Assembly (NCBI GenBank): GCA_037127855.1
Contig: JBAXXO010000001.1
Coordinates: 1-48,978, forward strand
Source of the DNA: Alphaproteobacteria bacterium
GTDB lineage: Bacteria > Pseudomonadota > Alphaproteobacteria > Rhodobacterales > Rhodobacteraceae
Length of the DNA: 48,978 bases
Reading direction: 5' to 3'
Positions 7,810-18,221 of the stretch are shown here, piece after piece. Within the stretch, counting starts at the first letter, position 1. Each line of letters starts with the position of its first letter. The notes beneath the pieces are model-generated. The model had not been told where the DNA came from, made no database searches, and worked only from the letters and a program-made list of their open reading frames with translations. The position numbers and the translations under genes were made by a program.

Positions 7810-8784
7810 ACGCTTTTCGCTATGTCCAGCAAAGCGAAGCAGAGACTTCTCCAAATCTTCAGGTCGGAAGCCGCGGCCGATGAATACGATGGTGCCATCT
7901 TCGCGCTCGCCCGCTTGCTCGGGCAGGATTTCAGGCGACTGCACGACCTTGCGCACTGTTTGCAACAAAAGTCGCCCGGCCGGCGTGCGTAGCACACCTT
8001 TGACCCGGACCAAATCATTGCCGCGCGCATGTAACAATGCCGACAACCACATGGCAAAGGCGGACCAGTCGATAGACGGGGCAATCGTCAGGCGGGTTGG
8101 AAAGATCGCCCCGCGCATGTCCTCTTCGGACAATGGTGGCAGAGCTTCGGTTTCAACCTCTTCTGGCAGCACAGGCAGCGCGATTGCCTCACCCAGAAAT
8201 GCGCCCGATTGGGGTGCGGCAGGTGTCAGGCTCCGAAGGGTGGCGCGCAGACGAAGCAGGGCAACGGGATCCACGGCATCGCATTTGGACAGGATGATCC
8301 GATCCGCCGCGCCAATTTGACGGCGCCCCAAGGATTCGGTCTGCAACTGCGCCAGCCCGTGCAGGGCATCAACGATCACGATAGTCTCATCTATCACGAT
8401 ATGATTGACCAGAACCGGGTCGCCCTGAACGGCAGCCACAATCGCGCCGGGGTCTGCAAGACCGCTCGTCTCCAGCACGATACGTTGCAGGCGCGTCGCA
8501 TTCGACAGGATCCGGCTGCGCTGGTCACACAAATCACGCAAGGCGCGGATCAGGTCAGCCTTGCCCGCGCAGCAGCAACAGCCACCCGCCAGCAATGTCA
8601 AGCCAGCAGCGCCGCCCAGAAGGGCATCGTCGACAGCCGTCTCAGCCGCCTCGTTCACCACGACATGGACGGGTCCAAAGCTGCCGACATGCAACTGATG
8701 ACGCAGCCATGTGGTCTTGCCAGAACCCAGATAGCCGCCCAAAATCGTCAGCCGCATCCGTCCATCTGCAAAGTCAGTCATCAT
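7807..8784 (-). CDS. COG0523/CobW-family G3E GTPase (putative metallochaperone)
   Basis: GYLGSGKTT Walker A, VVNE, GCCCC metal motif, LETSG, SKCD, and LVRVKG in the C-terminal domain. Confidence 0.9.
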   Translation of the reverse strand: MMTDFADGRMRLTILGGYLGSGKTTWLRHQLHVGSFGPVHVVVNEAAETAVDDALLGGAAGLTLLAGGCCCCAGKADLIRALRDLCDQRSRILSNATRLQRIVLETSGLADPGAIVAAVQGDPVLVNHIVIDETIVIVDALHGLAQLQTESLGRRQIGAADRIILSKCDAVDPVALLRLRATLRSLTPAAPQSGAFLGEAIALPVLPEEVETEALPPLSEEDMRGAIFPTRLTIAPSIDWSAFAMWLSALLHARGNDLVRVKGVLRTPAGRLLLQTVRKVVQSPEILPEQAGEREDGTIVFIGRGFRPEDLEKSLLRFAGHSEKR

Positions 8785-9067
8785 TCAGGAACGCTGGATC
8801 CAAAGGATCAATAGGGTGGCCCAGCAAACGCTCCGCCTCGGCCCACAGCGCACCAAGGTCTGGCAAGATGGTCTGATTTCCGGAAAGTGTGCCAAGTTGA
8901 ATGCCCGGAACCATGCCGCCGTCATGTGCGGTCAGCCCATATGGGCGCAACAGATTGTCAAGCAGGCCAGCCCGGTGAAAGCGGGCACGAAGCCGGTCGC
9001 CTGGCGTCGCAGCGCCCGCCTCGGTCCAATGGCCAGGAACGGATGGATTGCCGCAGGCATTGCACAT
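8774..9067 (-). CDS. Small hypothetical protein with N-terminal CxxC and His-Trp (97 aa)
   Basis: MCNACG..HWTE; overlaps the COG0523 start and lies in the same operon. Confidence 0.75.
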   Translation of the reverse strand: MCNACGNPSVPGHWTEAGAATPGDRLRARFHRAGLLDNLLRPYGLTAHDGGMVPGIQLGTLSGNQTILPDLGALWAEAERLLGHPIDPLDPAFLNDD

Positions 9068-9117
9068 CTTGCACCCTTTCGGAATGCAGGTGCCGGTTGC
9101 CCGACACCCGCAGTTTA

Positions 9118-10020
9118 TCAGATCACTTCCGGACGCGCAGCGCCTGCAAAGGGGAAGCGCACGCGGAAGTCGTTGGCAATGTCTTCAAACGGGGCCCATT
9201 CGACGCCGGAATGCCGCGAGATATACTCGATCAGACGCTCCAGCATCAGCAGAACCTGTGGGCGACCCGCCACGTCGGGGTGGATGGTGAAGGCAAACAC
9301 AGCATAATCCATCTCACGGTAAACCCAGTCAAACTGGTCACGCCACATTTCCTCAATATCGCGCGGGTTCACGAAGCCGTGCGAGTTCGGGGCCTTCTTC
9401 ATGAACATCATCGGCGGCAGATCGTCGACATACCAGTTGGCCGCGATATCGACCAGGTCGATCTCCGTGCCATGCTTCAGCGGGTGCATCCATTCCTTTG
9501 CGGTCTTGGAATAGTCGATGGTGTTCCAGCTATCGCCCACCTTGGCGTAGAAGGGCTGGAAATCCCGGTAGCCTTGGCTGTGGTCATAGGTGAAGCCGTG
9601 TTTTTGCAGCAAGGCAGCCGTCGAATTCGACATTTCCCACCAGGGCGCCACATAGCCACGCGGGGCGGTGCCGGTCAGACCCTTGATCAGCTCGATCGAC
9701 TTCACAAGAACGTCTTCTTCCTGCGAGGGCGTCATGGCGATGGGGTTTTCGTGAAGGTAGCCATGCGCGCCAACCTCATGGCCGCCAGCCACGATCATCT
9801 CCATCTCTCTCGGGAACGTTTCAAGGCTGTGGCCGGGGATGAAGAAGGTGGTCTTCAGGTCATACTTCTTGAACAGGCGCAGCAGGCGCGGCACGCCGAC
9901 TTCGGTGGCGAAGATGCCGCGCTGGATGTCTGACGGCGAATCGCCGCCGCCGTAGGAACCGATCCAGCCGGCGACCGAGTCGATGTCGGTGCCAAAGGCG
10001 CAGTAGATCTTTTTAGCCAT
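9118..10020 (-). CDS. Polysaccharide-deacetylase (CE4) family hydrolase, PuuE/HpPgdA-like
   Basis: [48 protein letters not shown]. Confidence 0.9.
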   Translation of the reverse strand: MAKKIYCAFGTDIDSVAGWIGSYGGGDSPSDIQRGIFATEVGVPRLLRLFKKYDLKTTFFIPGHSLETFPREMEMIVAGGHEVGAHGYLHENPIAMTPSQEEDVLVKSIELIKGLTGTAPRGYVAPWWEMSNSTAALLQKHGFTYDHSQGYRDFQPFYAKVGDSWNTIDYSKTAKEWMHPLKHGTEIDLVDIAANWYVDDLPPMMFMKKAPNSHGFVNPRDIEEMWRDQFDWVYREMDYAVFAFTIHPDVAGRPQVLLMLERLIEYISRHSGVEWAPFEDIANDFRVRFPFAGAARPEVI

Positions 10021-10041
10021 GAGGGTTTCCTCCTAAGATTT

Positions 10042-11220
10042 TCAGATTGCAGGCCAATTCGGGTCGGTCAGCGCCAAGGGATAGGCGATGCCATAGTCAA
10101 GCGGCGGACGGACCACGTATTTACGGTCGAACGCCGCCCAGTCGTAGGGCGCACCAGAGCGGACGATATAGGGCCAATCGGGCTGGGCAAAAATTGGGCG
10201 ACCGATAGCAACCATGTCCGCCGCGCCGTTGGTCAGGGCAGCTTCAGCTTGCGGGCCGTCGGCAATGCCGCCGTTGGTGATCATCGGCAGGCCCGATGCG
10301 TTTCGCAGCACTGTGGGCATGGGCCGGGCGTCGTCAGCTTGACGATTGTCGAGATAGTTGAAGCTGGCCCAATGCAGCGCATCATAGGCCGACCCCTTCA
10401 GGGCCGCACCAATGGCCTCGGCATAGGCAGTACCGGGCCAGGCGCCGACGAAATCATCCACGCCGTCCTGCGACAGGCGCAAGACGATCAGCTTGTCCGG
10501 ACCGATTGCAGCACGCACCTTGTCGCCCACCAGCTTGGCAAAGCGGATATTGTTTTCGGCCGAACCGCCAAAGTCATCGGTGCGCAGGTTGGTCTTGGGG
10601 TTGATGAACTGCCACAGAAGATAGCCGTTGGCACCATGAACCTCGACCCCATCCGCCCCGGCATCTACCGCACGCTTTGCGCCAGAGGCAAAGCCATCCG
10701 CGACCTGGTGGATTTCCTCGACCGTCAGGGCACGGGCGGGGCCGAAGGTGACTTTTTCCCAAGGCCCATCGATCGCACGGATCTGCTTTTCGTAGTCGTT
10801 GTCGGTGTACAGCGACCAACCACCACTTTGCGTGGCCGAGGCGCTGACAGGGGGTTGTCCGTTCAGAACACGCGGATCAGAAACCCGGCCACCATGCATC
10901 AACTGGACGATGATCTTGCAGTCATGCTGATGCACGGCGTCAAAGACCTTGGCCCAACCGGCCTGATGGCTGTCATTGGTGATACCGGGTTGCGACAGGT
11001 AGGCGCGGGACTGGAAGCCGTCCTGTTCATAGGTGCCTTCGGTAATGATCAAACCCAGACCGCCGCGGGCACGGCGGGCGTAGTAGGCGACCATCTCGTC
11101 ATTCGGTGTGCCGTCAGCCTCGGCCATCTGACGTGTCAATGGGGCCATGGCGATGCGGTTACGCAGGGTCAGCGGGCCCAGTTTGATCTGTGAAAACAAG
11201 GTCGGAAACGTTTCAGCCAT
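10042..11220 (-). CDS. NADH:flavin oxidoreductase (old yellow enzyme family)
   Basis: LRNRIAMAPLT, YYARRARGG.GLIITEG, QLMHGGR, EVHGANGYLL.QF..P..N.RTD.FGG. Confidence 0.92.
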   Translation of the reverse strand: MAETFPTLFSQIKLGPLTLRNRIAMAPLTRQMAEADGTPNDEMVAYYARRARGGLGLIITEGTYEQDGFQSRAYLSQPGITNDSHQAGWAKVFDAVHQHDCKIIVQLMHGGRVSDPRVLNGQPPVSASATQSGGWSLYTDNDYEKQIRAIDGPWEKVTFGPARALTVEEIHQVADGFASGAKRAVDAGADGVEVHGANGYLLWQFINPKTNLRTDDFGGSAENNIRFAKLVGDKVRAAIGPDKLIVLRLSQDGVDDFVGAWPGTAYAEAIGAALKGSAYDALHWASFNYLDNRQADDARPMPTVLRNASGLPMITNGGIADGPQAEAALTNGAADMVAIGRPIFAQPDWPYIVRSGAPYDWAAFDRKYVVRPPLDYGIAYPLALTDPNWPAI

Positions 11221-11223
11221 CCT

Positions 11224-12573
11224 TCATCCTCTGACAATCTGTTCTATGGCCAGGCCTGCAGCCAGAACCGCCCGATCACGCCCATGTTGAGCAGAGATCA
11301 TGAAACCAGTGGGCATCTGTTCGGCGTCAAACCCGTTCGGGATCGACAGCCCACACCAATCAAGGAAATTCCCCAAAGATGTGTTGCGCAGGGTTAGACC
11401 ATTGTGGCGGAAGAACACCTCTTGGTCGGCCTCCAGCGGGGCTATCGGCATCGCAACCGTCGGCGTTGTGGGGCAAATCAGCAAGGCGTTGCCAATCTGG
11501 TCGGCAACGGCGGCGATCAGTCGCTTGCGTTCGCGCAGCAGGATTGTCAAATCCACGGCTGAGGTATTGGCCGCGTTCATGATCCTGCGCACCACACGGG
11601 CATCTATCCGGGCGGCATCGGGTCCGTGCATGCGGTCCCAATGGACATCCAGCGCCTCAATCGCCACAAGAACGGCGCGGTGTGTGATCAGCGCAAGCGT
11701 CTCGGCCAATTCGGGCAGGGCCACCCGGCGCACTCTGGCACCTGATTGCTCCAGCCGGGCCACGGTGGCGTCGAAATTCGCGGCCACGGAACTTGAAAGC
11801 GTGTCCATCATCACTGCATCCGGAATGATGAAATCCAGTGTGGCAACCGGTGCGGCGTGAACGTCGGGCGCCGGCAGACCGCGCAGCACGGTATCGGCCA
11901 ACACGCAATCTTCGACGCTGTGTGCCAGCGGGCCAAGCGTATCAAGCGAGCGAGACAGTGGGAAAACCCCGGCCATCGGATAGTGACCGGTGGAGGTCTT
12001 GTAGCCCACCACCCCATTGAAGGCTGCGGGAATGCGGATCGAACCACCGGTATCGGTGCCAAAGGCGATCGGCACGATGTCATTTGCCACAACCACGCCA
12101 CTGGCCGACGATGACCCCCCCGGAGAGCGCGCTGGCCCTGTTCCGTTTGGGTTGCGCGGGGTTCCATAATGCGGATTCAATCCGATTCCTGAAAACGCGA
12201 ATTCCGTCATGTTCAGCGCGCCAACCGAGATCAGCCCTGCCCGCGCCCCTGCACCTACCAAGGCTGCGTCCTGTTCTGCTGGCGGATTGGACAAAAGAAC
12301 GACCGACCCCGCCGTCGTCACCCGACCTTTAAGGTCGAACAGATCCTTCCATGCCACCGGCACACCATCCAAAAGGCTGGCGGGATTGCCGGTCCGCAAG
12401 CGTTGGCGGGCGGCGCGTGCCTCGGCCTCGGCTCTCGGGCGCAGGGTCTGGGTGAAAATGGCCTTGTCACCAACCTCTTCGATCCTGGCGAAAACCTGAT
12501 CCACCAGGTCGAGCGGGTCAAGTCGCCCACTGCGCAGATCGCGCGAAAGGGCTACGGCAGATGTCTTGCGCAT
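11224..12573 (-). CDS. Amidase-signature family amidohydrolase
   Basis: WKDLFD, PGGSSS, GTDTGGSIRIP (Ser-cisSer-Lys triad). ATG at 12573 follows a GGAGAGG RBS. Confidence 0.92.
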   Translation of the reverse strand: MRKTSAVALSRDLRSGRLDPLDLVDQVFARIEEVGDKAIFTQTLRPRAEAEARAARQRLRTGNPASLLDGVPVAWKDLFDLKGRVTTAGSVVLLSNPPAEQDAALVGAGARAGLISVGALNMTEFAFSGIGLNPHYGTPRNPNGTGPARSPGGSSSASGVVVANDIVPIAFGTDTGGSIRIPAAFNGVVGYKTSTGHYPMAGVFPLSRSLDTLGPLAHSVEDCVLADTVLRGLPAPDVHAAPVATLDFIIPDAVMMDTLSSSVAANFDATVARLEQSGARVRRVALPELAETLALITHRAVLVAIEALDVHWDRMHGPDAARIDARVVRRIMNAANTSAVDLTILLRERKRLIAAVADQIGNALLICPTTPTVAMPIAPLEADQEVFFRHNGLTLRNTSLGNFLDWCGLSIPNGFDAEQMPTGFMISAQHGRDRAVLAAGLAIEQIVRG

Positions 12574-12589
12574 GAAATGCCCCCCTCTC

Positions 12590-13690
12590 CTAATGCTTGA
12601 TGACCGTCGAACGTGCGGCCTGCCACGCCACAAAGCCCTGCGAACCGGCCGCAAATTGCCCACGATATTTGTCGGCGTGACCCTCGACCGCGATCGTGTC
12701 GCCGTTGGGAAGCTGGACGGCCATCTGCAGAATGTGACCAATCAGTTGCGCCCGGGTGATCTTGCAGGGGATCACGTTGGTACCATAAGTCTGTTGCGCT
12801 TGCTGGCGTGAGATCGTATCTGGCAGGATATCGACAGCCTCGGCCGGCAGTATCAGCGAGGCCTGATCGCCTGCGGCCAGATGATCATTCTTCTCACCGC
12901 TCAACATGCCAATGGCGGTTTCCAGAACCACATCATCGCTGCCCATTTGGGTGATCTTGCCCGCGATCAGGGTGTTGGCACCGATGAAACGGGCAACGAA
13001 CAGGCTTTCAGGGCGGGTATAAAGCTGTCGCGGTGAGCTGATCTGTTCAACCCGGCCAGCGTTCATCACGACGATGCGGTCAGACAAGGCCAAAGCCTCG
13101 GATTGCGCATGGGTCACGAATACAAAAGTGATGCCAAGCGCGCGTTGCAGCAGTTTCAACTCGTGCTGGATGCTCTTGCGCAGGTTTGCATCCAAAGCGC
13201 CAAGCGGTTCGTCCAACAGAAGAATATCGGGCTCTACCACCAGCGACCGGGCCAGCGCTATACGTTGGCGCTGACCGCCCGACAGGCGGCTGGGGCGCGC
13301 ATTGGCGACATCGGTCAGGCCCAGCTTGTCGATAATGCGGTCAACCTTGCGGTCGGCATCCTGCGCGGGCATGCCTTTGACTTCAAGTCCGAAGCGAATG
13401 TTCTGGCGCACATTCATGTGTGGAAACAGCGCGTAGTTCTGAAAGATCATCGAAGTCGGGCGCTTTTCCGGCAGCAGGTCGTTGATACGCTTGCCACGGA
13501 TCATAAGATCGCCCGAGGTTATGGTCTCGAACCCAGCGATCATGCGAAGAGTCGTGGTCTTGCCGCAGCCGGATGGGCCCAGAAAGGCGATGAACTCGCC
13601 CTTATCCACATCAAGGTTGAAGTCGATAACAGCCGGAGTGCCGTTGTCATAAACCTTGCCGATACGGGAAAGCTGCAGGTCGTAGGCCAC
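12590..13690 (-). CDS. ABC transporter ATP-binding protein (PotA-like, TOBE-type C-terminus)
   Basis: GPSGCGKTT, LSGGQRQR, LLLDEP, VTH. Confidence 0.95.
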   Translation of the reverse strand: MAYDLQLSRIGKVYDNGTPAVIDFNLDVDKGEFIAFLGPSGCGKTTTLRMIAGFETITSGDLMIRGKRINDLLPEKRPTSMIFQNYALFPHMNVRQNIRFGLEVKGMPAQDADRKVDRIIDKLGLTDVANARPSRLSGGQRQRIALARSLVVEPDILLLDEPLGALDANLRKSIQHELKLLQRALGITFVFVTHAQSEALALSDRIVVMNAGRVEQISSPRQLYTRPESLFVARFIGANTLIAGKITQMGSDDVVLETAIGMLSGEKNDHLAAGDQASLILPAEAVDILPDTISRQQAQQTYGTNVIPCKITRAQLIGHILQMAVQLPNGDTIAVEGHADKYRGQFAAGSQGFVAWQAARSTVIKH

Positions 13691-13716
13691 TTGGCAAAAT
13701 CCTTGACGTTCTGGTT

Positions 13717-13740
13717 CGGTCGGGGATTGCTCCCCGACCG
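13717..13740 (-). terminator. Stem-loop downstream of the binding-protein gene (partial terminator or mRNA stabiliser)
   Basis: CGGTCGGGGA-TTGC-TCCCCGACCG, a perfect 10-bp stem. Confidence 0.55.
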
Positions 13741-13755
13741 GCAGGTTTTTTCAGA

Positions 13756-14976
13756 TCAGGCAGACAGGAATTCGTCCCACTTCGTCATCAGCAGGTCGTA
13801 CTCATCCGGCCACTGGTGCCAGTAAGCGACGTTCGCGGCACGGGTTGCCAACGAGCCACCATCGCGCAGATCACCTTCGTTGATGCCACGATCAGACGCG
13901 CCAACCCACGGTTTGCCTTCGTACCAGAAGCCGTACTTTTCGGGCGACATAATCGCCTTGACCTTGTCGTTGGGCGAGTAGTAGCCCTGTTCCGACACAG
14001 CCACAGCCGGACCACCCGACAGCCAGTAATCGGCATAAGCCGTCACAGCGTCGAGGTTCGGCGAGGATTTCAGCGCCGAAACGCCTATGGCCCAAGCGCG
14101 ATAGCCGTTCTTCATGGTTGCGTAAGAGCATTGGACGCCCTGCGCTTTCACAGCCATCACAGCAGGCTGCCAAGCGTCAGCCAGAACCATTTCGCCCGAA
14201 GCCATCAGGTTAACCAATTCACCAAAGTCACCCCAAAGAGCGCGGAACTGGCCTTCTTTTTTCTTCGAGATCAGGAACTTGGCTGCTTCTTCAATCGAAG
14301 CCGCATCTGCGTTGCCCGGATTCTTCACTTCCAAAAGACCCAATTCGTTCATTGCCATTACGGCCTGACCGAAAGCGATCAGCGGGTCGACGTTCAGACC
14401 TGTCTTGCCCTTGAACTTGGGGTCAAACAGCGAGGACCACATCGAGGCCTCTTCCGCCGAGACGAGGTCAGGGCGATAGCCGATCGAGTCGAAGTTGTAG
14501 ACGGTCGGGACCATGTTCAGCGCCGTCATCGTCTCGTCGGTGTAGATCTGGCCAACGATCTGCGCCTTGGCATCCCACTTCGGGTCGGCCTTGACGAAGC
14601 TTTCGCCTACGCCGGTCCAGTTCTTCAGCGCCGAGGTGGCGATGGGCGAAACAAGGCCGGTCTGGGTGATCGAGGGCAAACGCTCGCCGATGGTTTCCCA
14701 GCAGTCATAAGCGGTCGAGCCAGACAGCAGTTCGGTCTGGGTGTTCGGGAAGATGTCGGCTTTGCCTGACACTGCCTTGACGCCCGAGACCTTCTGGAAG
14801 TCTGCCAGAATGCGGTCTTGCACGGTCACCGACAGACCCACGGTGCGCAGTTCCTGCGAGGCGAGGTCAGCGGCGAAAGCTTGTTGTGCGCCTAGGAACG
14901 GCAAGCCGCCCGCAGCGATTGCTGCGCCGGCCGTCCCTTTCAGGAACCCGCGCCGGGATAGTGAACTGTGTATCAT
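13756..14976 (-). CDS. ABC transporter substrate-binding protein (PotD/PotF-like), Tat-exported
   Basis: SRRGFLK Tat motif, hydrophobic region and AFA cleavage site; SIGYRPDLV, W..LFDPKFKGK. Confidence 0.92.
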   Translation of the reverse strand: MIHSSLSRRGFLKGTAGAAIAAGGLPFLGAQQAFAADLASQELRTVGLSVTVQDRILADFQKVSGVKAVSGKADIFPNTQTELLSGSTAYDCWETIGERLPSITQTGLVSPIATSALKNWTGVGESFVKADPKWDAKAQIVGQIYTDETMTALNMVPTVYNFDSIGYRPDLVSAEEASMWSSLFDPKFKGKTGLNVDPLIAFGQAVMAMNELGLLEVKNPGNADAASIEEAAKFLISKKKEGQFRALWGDFGELVNLMASGEMVLADAWQPAVMAVKAQGVQCSYATMKNGYRAWAIGVSALKSSPNLDAVTAYADYWLSGGPAVAVSEQGYYSPNDKVKAIMSPEKYGFWYEGKPWVGASDRGINEGDLRDGGSLATRAANVAYWHQWPDEYDLLMTKWDEFLSA

Positions 14977-15019
14977 TTCAGTACCTCTATGTTGATTTCG
15001 TTCGTTTCTTCCTGCTGGA

Positions 15020-15775
15020 TCAGTAACGTCCGACCAGCAAACCACCGTCGACCACCACGACCTGACCCGTCATGTAACGGGAACCGTGGGAAGCGAGGAA
15101 CAAGGCGACATCGGCAATCTCTTCAGGTCTACCGATGCGCCCCATGGGGATGAACTCCCCAGCCTTCTCCGCAGCTTCCGGGCCGAGGGAGTGTTCCTTC
15201 GACAAAAGCTGCGCTGTCCGGATGTAGCCTGGCGCTATGCCATTCACCCGAATGCCGTCGCGTGCCAATTCCACCGCAAGGCCGCGCACCAAGCCCACCA
15301 CCCCGGCTTTCGCCGCCGAGTAATGTGCATGTTCGTCCCAGCCATAGGCCACGCCCATGATCGAAGACAGCGCCACGATGGCCCCTTTCTTGCGCGCCTT
15401 CATCCCCGCCAAGGCAGGACGCACGACGCGGAAGATGCCCTTGAGGTCGATGTCGAACGTATGATCCCACTTTGCATCGGTCATCTCGGCCAGTGGCACA
15501 CGATGCGCAATGCCGGCATTGGCCACGATGACGTCGATGCCGCCGTGCCTGGCCTCTGTTGCCGCCACAACGGCATCAGCGGCCTCGGTCGAGCGCACGT
15601 CGAGCATGTGGAACTCTGCCGACCCACCCTCGGATAGGATTTCGGCAACCAGCGAGGCACCTTCCGACACCAGAACGTCAGTTGCCACGACATGGTAGCC
15701 TGCCTTGGCAAAGGCCTTGGCTGTGGCGCGGCCAATGCCTATGCTTGCGCCGGTGATCATGACCGTTTCGCTCAT
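15020..15775 (-). CDS. Short-chain dehydrogenase/reductase
   Basis: TGASIGIG, ANAG, YSAAK, VNGIAPG. Confidence 0.93.
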   Translation of the reverse strand: MSETVMITGASIGIGRATAKAFAKAGYHVVATDVLVSEGASLVAEILSEGGSAEFHMLDVRSTEAADAVVAATEARHGGIDVIVANAGIAHRVPLAEMTDAKWDHTFDIDLKGIFRVVRPALAGMKARKKGAIVALSSIMGVAYGWDEHAHYSAAKAGVVGLVRGLAVELARDGIRVNGIAPGYIRTAQLLSKEHSLGPEAAEKAGEFIPMGRIGRPEEIADVALFLASHGSRYMTGQVVVVDGGLLVGRY

Positions 15776-16488
15776 AACATCACATCTCCCGAATTGGGGC
15801 CCAGGGTCTGGCCCACGAACAACGCGGCCTCAGGCGAGCAGAGAAACGCCACGGTATGGGCGACCTCTTCGGGTTCACCAAATCGACCAAGCGGCAGTTC
15901 GGCGGCCTTTGCGCTCTGCCAGTCCTGCGACAGGCTGCGCACCAAAGGCGTGTTGATCGGGCCGGGAGCCACGGCATTGACCCTTACACCCTGAACCGAC
16001 ACTTCGCGGGCCAGAGCCTTGGTCATGCCAATGATGCCTGCCTTTGCGGCAGAATAATGCACCAGCTCGATCCCGCCGATCTGGCCCAGTTGCGAGGCGA
16101 TGTTGACGATGCAGCCCGAACCCCGCGCCAGCATCCCCTTGAGCACCGCACGGGTGCAAAGGAAAGTGCCGCGCAGGTGCACCGCGATCATGCGGTCGAA
16201 ATCGGACACGCTCAGGTCGGTGAAGCGTGCCTGATGGACATGGCCCGCACAGTTGATAAGGTGCGTCACCGGTCCAAGCGTCTCGGCGGCAGCAACCATC
16301 GCCGCAACATTCGCCTCGACCGAAACATCCCCGCCGATGGCCTTTGCTCCGATCTTTGCTGCCGTGGCCGCTGCGGCCTCGGCCCGGAAATCGTTGACCA
16401 GCACCCTGTAGCCCTCGGCGACAAGCCGAACAGCAATCGCCTGACCGATCCCAGAACCTGCGCCTGTGACAATCGCAGTCATGGTCAT
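15772..16488 (-). CDS. Short-chain dehydrogenase/reductase (FabG-like)
   Basis: TGAGSGIG, NCAG, YSAAK, VNAVAPG. Confidence 0.93.
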   Translation of the reverse strand: MTMTAIVTGAGSGIGQAIAVRLVAEGYRVLVNDFRAEAAAATAAKIGAKAIGGDVSVEANVAAMVAAAETLGPVTHLINCAGHVHQARFTDLSVSDFDRMIAVHLRGTFLCTRAVLKGMLARGSGCIVNIASQLGQIGGIELVHYSAAKAGIIGMTKALAREVSVQGVRVNAVAPGPINTPLVRSLSQDWQSAKAAELPLGRFGEPEEVAHTVAFLCSPEAALFVGQTLGPNSGDVML

Positions 16489-17342
16489 GTGATATCCTCC
16501 TGCATGGCCATCTTGCGGGCACGACGAACCGATAGCCCCATCAAGATGCCGTAGACTGACAGGAGTGCAAAAGAAAACAGCGTGGTCAGCACCCCGAAGG
16601 CGAAAATGTTCGGGTGAATCTCGACCGAGAAGGTACCGTAGATCGCCAAGGGCAGGGTCTGATCCTCGCTCCCGCCAGCGGCAAACAGCGAACGGGGAAA
16701 TTCGTCAAGGCTGAGTGTGAAGGCAAACAGCATGGCCGACAAGACACCCGGGAAGATCAGCGGGAAAGTGACCTTGCGGAATGTCGTCCATGGGGTGACG
16801 CCCAACGACCAGGACGCCTCTTCTACCGAGCCGTCAAAGCGGTTCAGGATCGCAAGCATGACAAGGAATGCGAAAGGAAAGGTATAGGCAACATGGGTCG
16901 CGAATGCCGTGGTGTACCAATGCCGTGTAATCCCGATGACATTGTTGGCCAGAAGCGAGGTGCCAAGCCCCGTCAACACACCCGGCACCATCATGCCAAG
17001 CACGATCAGATAGAACACAAAGGTCGACCCACGGAACTTGCGGCGGAACGCCTGCGCTGACATGACACCCAGCACCGTCGAGGTGACCATGGTCATGAAG
17101 GCCAATACAAGCGAACGGATCAACGCCTCGCCTACCGGCAGAGGCGCGATGCGGGATGGCGGGGTCAGGCCAAAGATCTGCCGATACCAATAGGTCGACC
17201 ACTCGGTGATCGGAAATTGCGGCCCACCATCCGGCCCCTGCTGGAACGACAGGATCGTCAGCACGAAAAACGGCCCATAGAGGAACAGGATGAAGGCCAC
17301 CACATAAACGGCGAGGATCGGTTTTAGAACGCGCGATTCCAT
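16485..17342 (-). CDS. ABC transporter permease (PotC-like)
   Basis: Hydrophobic helices; EEASWSLG EAA loop; FTLSLDEF. Confidence 0.93.
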   Translation of the reverse strand: MESRVLKPILAVYVVAFILFLYGPFFVLTILSFQQGPDGGPQFPITEWSTYWYRQIFGLTPPSRIAPLPVGEALIRSLVLAFMTMVTSTVLGVMSAQAFRRKFRGSTFVFYLIVLGMMVPGVLTGLGTSLLANNVIGITRHWYTTAFATHVAYTFPFAFLVMLAILNRFDGSVEEASWSLGVTPWTTFRKVTFPLIFPGVLSAMLFAFTLSLDEFPRSLFAAGGSEDQTLPLAIYGTFSVEIHPNIFAFGVLTTLFSFALLSVYGILMGLSVRRARKMAMQEDIT

Positions 17343-17345
17343 CGC

Positions 17346-18221
17346 TCAAAGCTCCTGCTTCAGGTCAACGATCCGCAAGAACGCTGCAATCACCATCCCC
17401 ATCACGACAGTCAGGATAACGCCTGTCACCGAAGCCATCGCCCATTTCAAGGAACCGACCTGGGTGACGATGATGTTGCCCAGAAGGTTCACCTTGCGGC
17501 CCGACAGCGCGCCGGACGTGGCGAATTCACCAAGTACCATGACGCTGACGAAGATGGCACCGACAATGACGCCGGGCAGAGAAAGCGGGAAGATGATCTT
17601 CCAGAAGATCCGCCCAAAGCCTGCGCCAAGGTCACGCGCCGCCTCAATGATGTTGCGGTCAATACGGCCCAGCATAAAGGCGATGGGGCCCACCATGAAG
17701 ACGCAGTAGATCTGAGTCATGCCAATGATGACCGAAAGCTCGGTGAAAAGCAGCACCTCGATCGGATGGCTGATGATGTGCAGTTTCATCAGGATGATGT
17801 TGATGGCACCTTCCTTGCCCAGCATCGGTCGCCATGCCAGCACCCGGATCAGGAAAGAGGTCCAGAACGGAATGACGCAGATCACCAAAAGCACGGTGGA
17901 CAGGGTCTTTGACTTGACAAACAGCCCCACGAACAAGGCGGTCGGGTAACCAATCGCGAAAGTTGTAAACAGAACAATCAGCCAAATTCGGACAGTGGTC
18001 CAAAGGGCACCGGTGTAGGTGTCAGAGGCAAAGAACTGCTTCCAACTTGCCAGCGTCGGCGTGGACGAGATGTTGAACGTGGTCTGCGTCCAGAAGGATA
18101 CATAGCAGATCATCAGGATCGGCAAGACCATGAACAGGGCCATCCAGATGATCCCCGGCAGAATCAGCCAGCTTGACCCTCGGCGATTTGGGACCGCTAT
18201 TGCATCAGTTGCATCAGTCAT
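17346..18221 (-). CDS. ABC transporter permease (PotB-like)
   Basis: PFWTSFLIR..AW; EAARDLGA EAA loop. Confidence 0.93.
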   Translation of the reverse strand: MTDATDAIAVPNRRGSSWLILPGIIWMALFMVLPILMICYVSFWTQTTFNISSTPTLASWKQFFASDTYTGALWTTVRIWLIVLFTTFAIGYPTALFVGLFVKSKTLSTVLLVICVIPFWTSFLIRVLAWRPMLGKEGAINIILMKLHIISHPIEVLLFTELSVIIGMTQIYCVFMVGPIAFMLGRIDRNIIEAARDLGAGFGRIFWKIIFPLSLPGVIVGAIFVSVMVLGEFATSGALSGRKVNLLGNIIVTQVGSLKWAMASVTGVILTVVMGMVIAAFLRIVDLKQEL

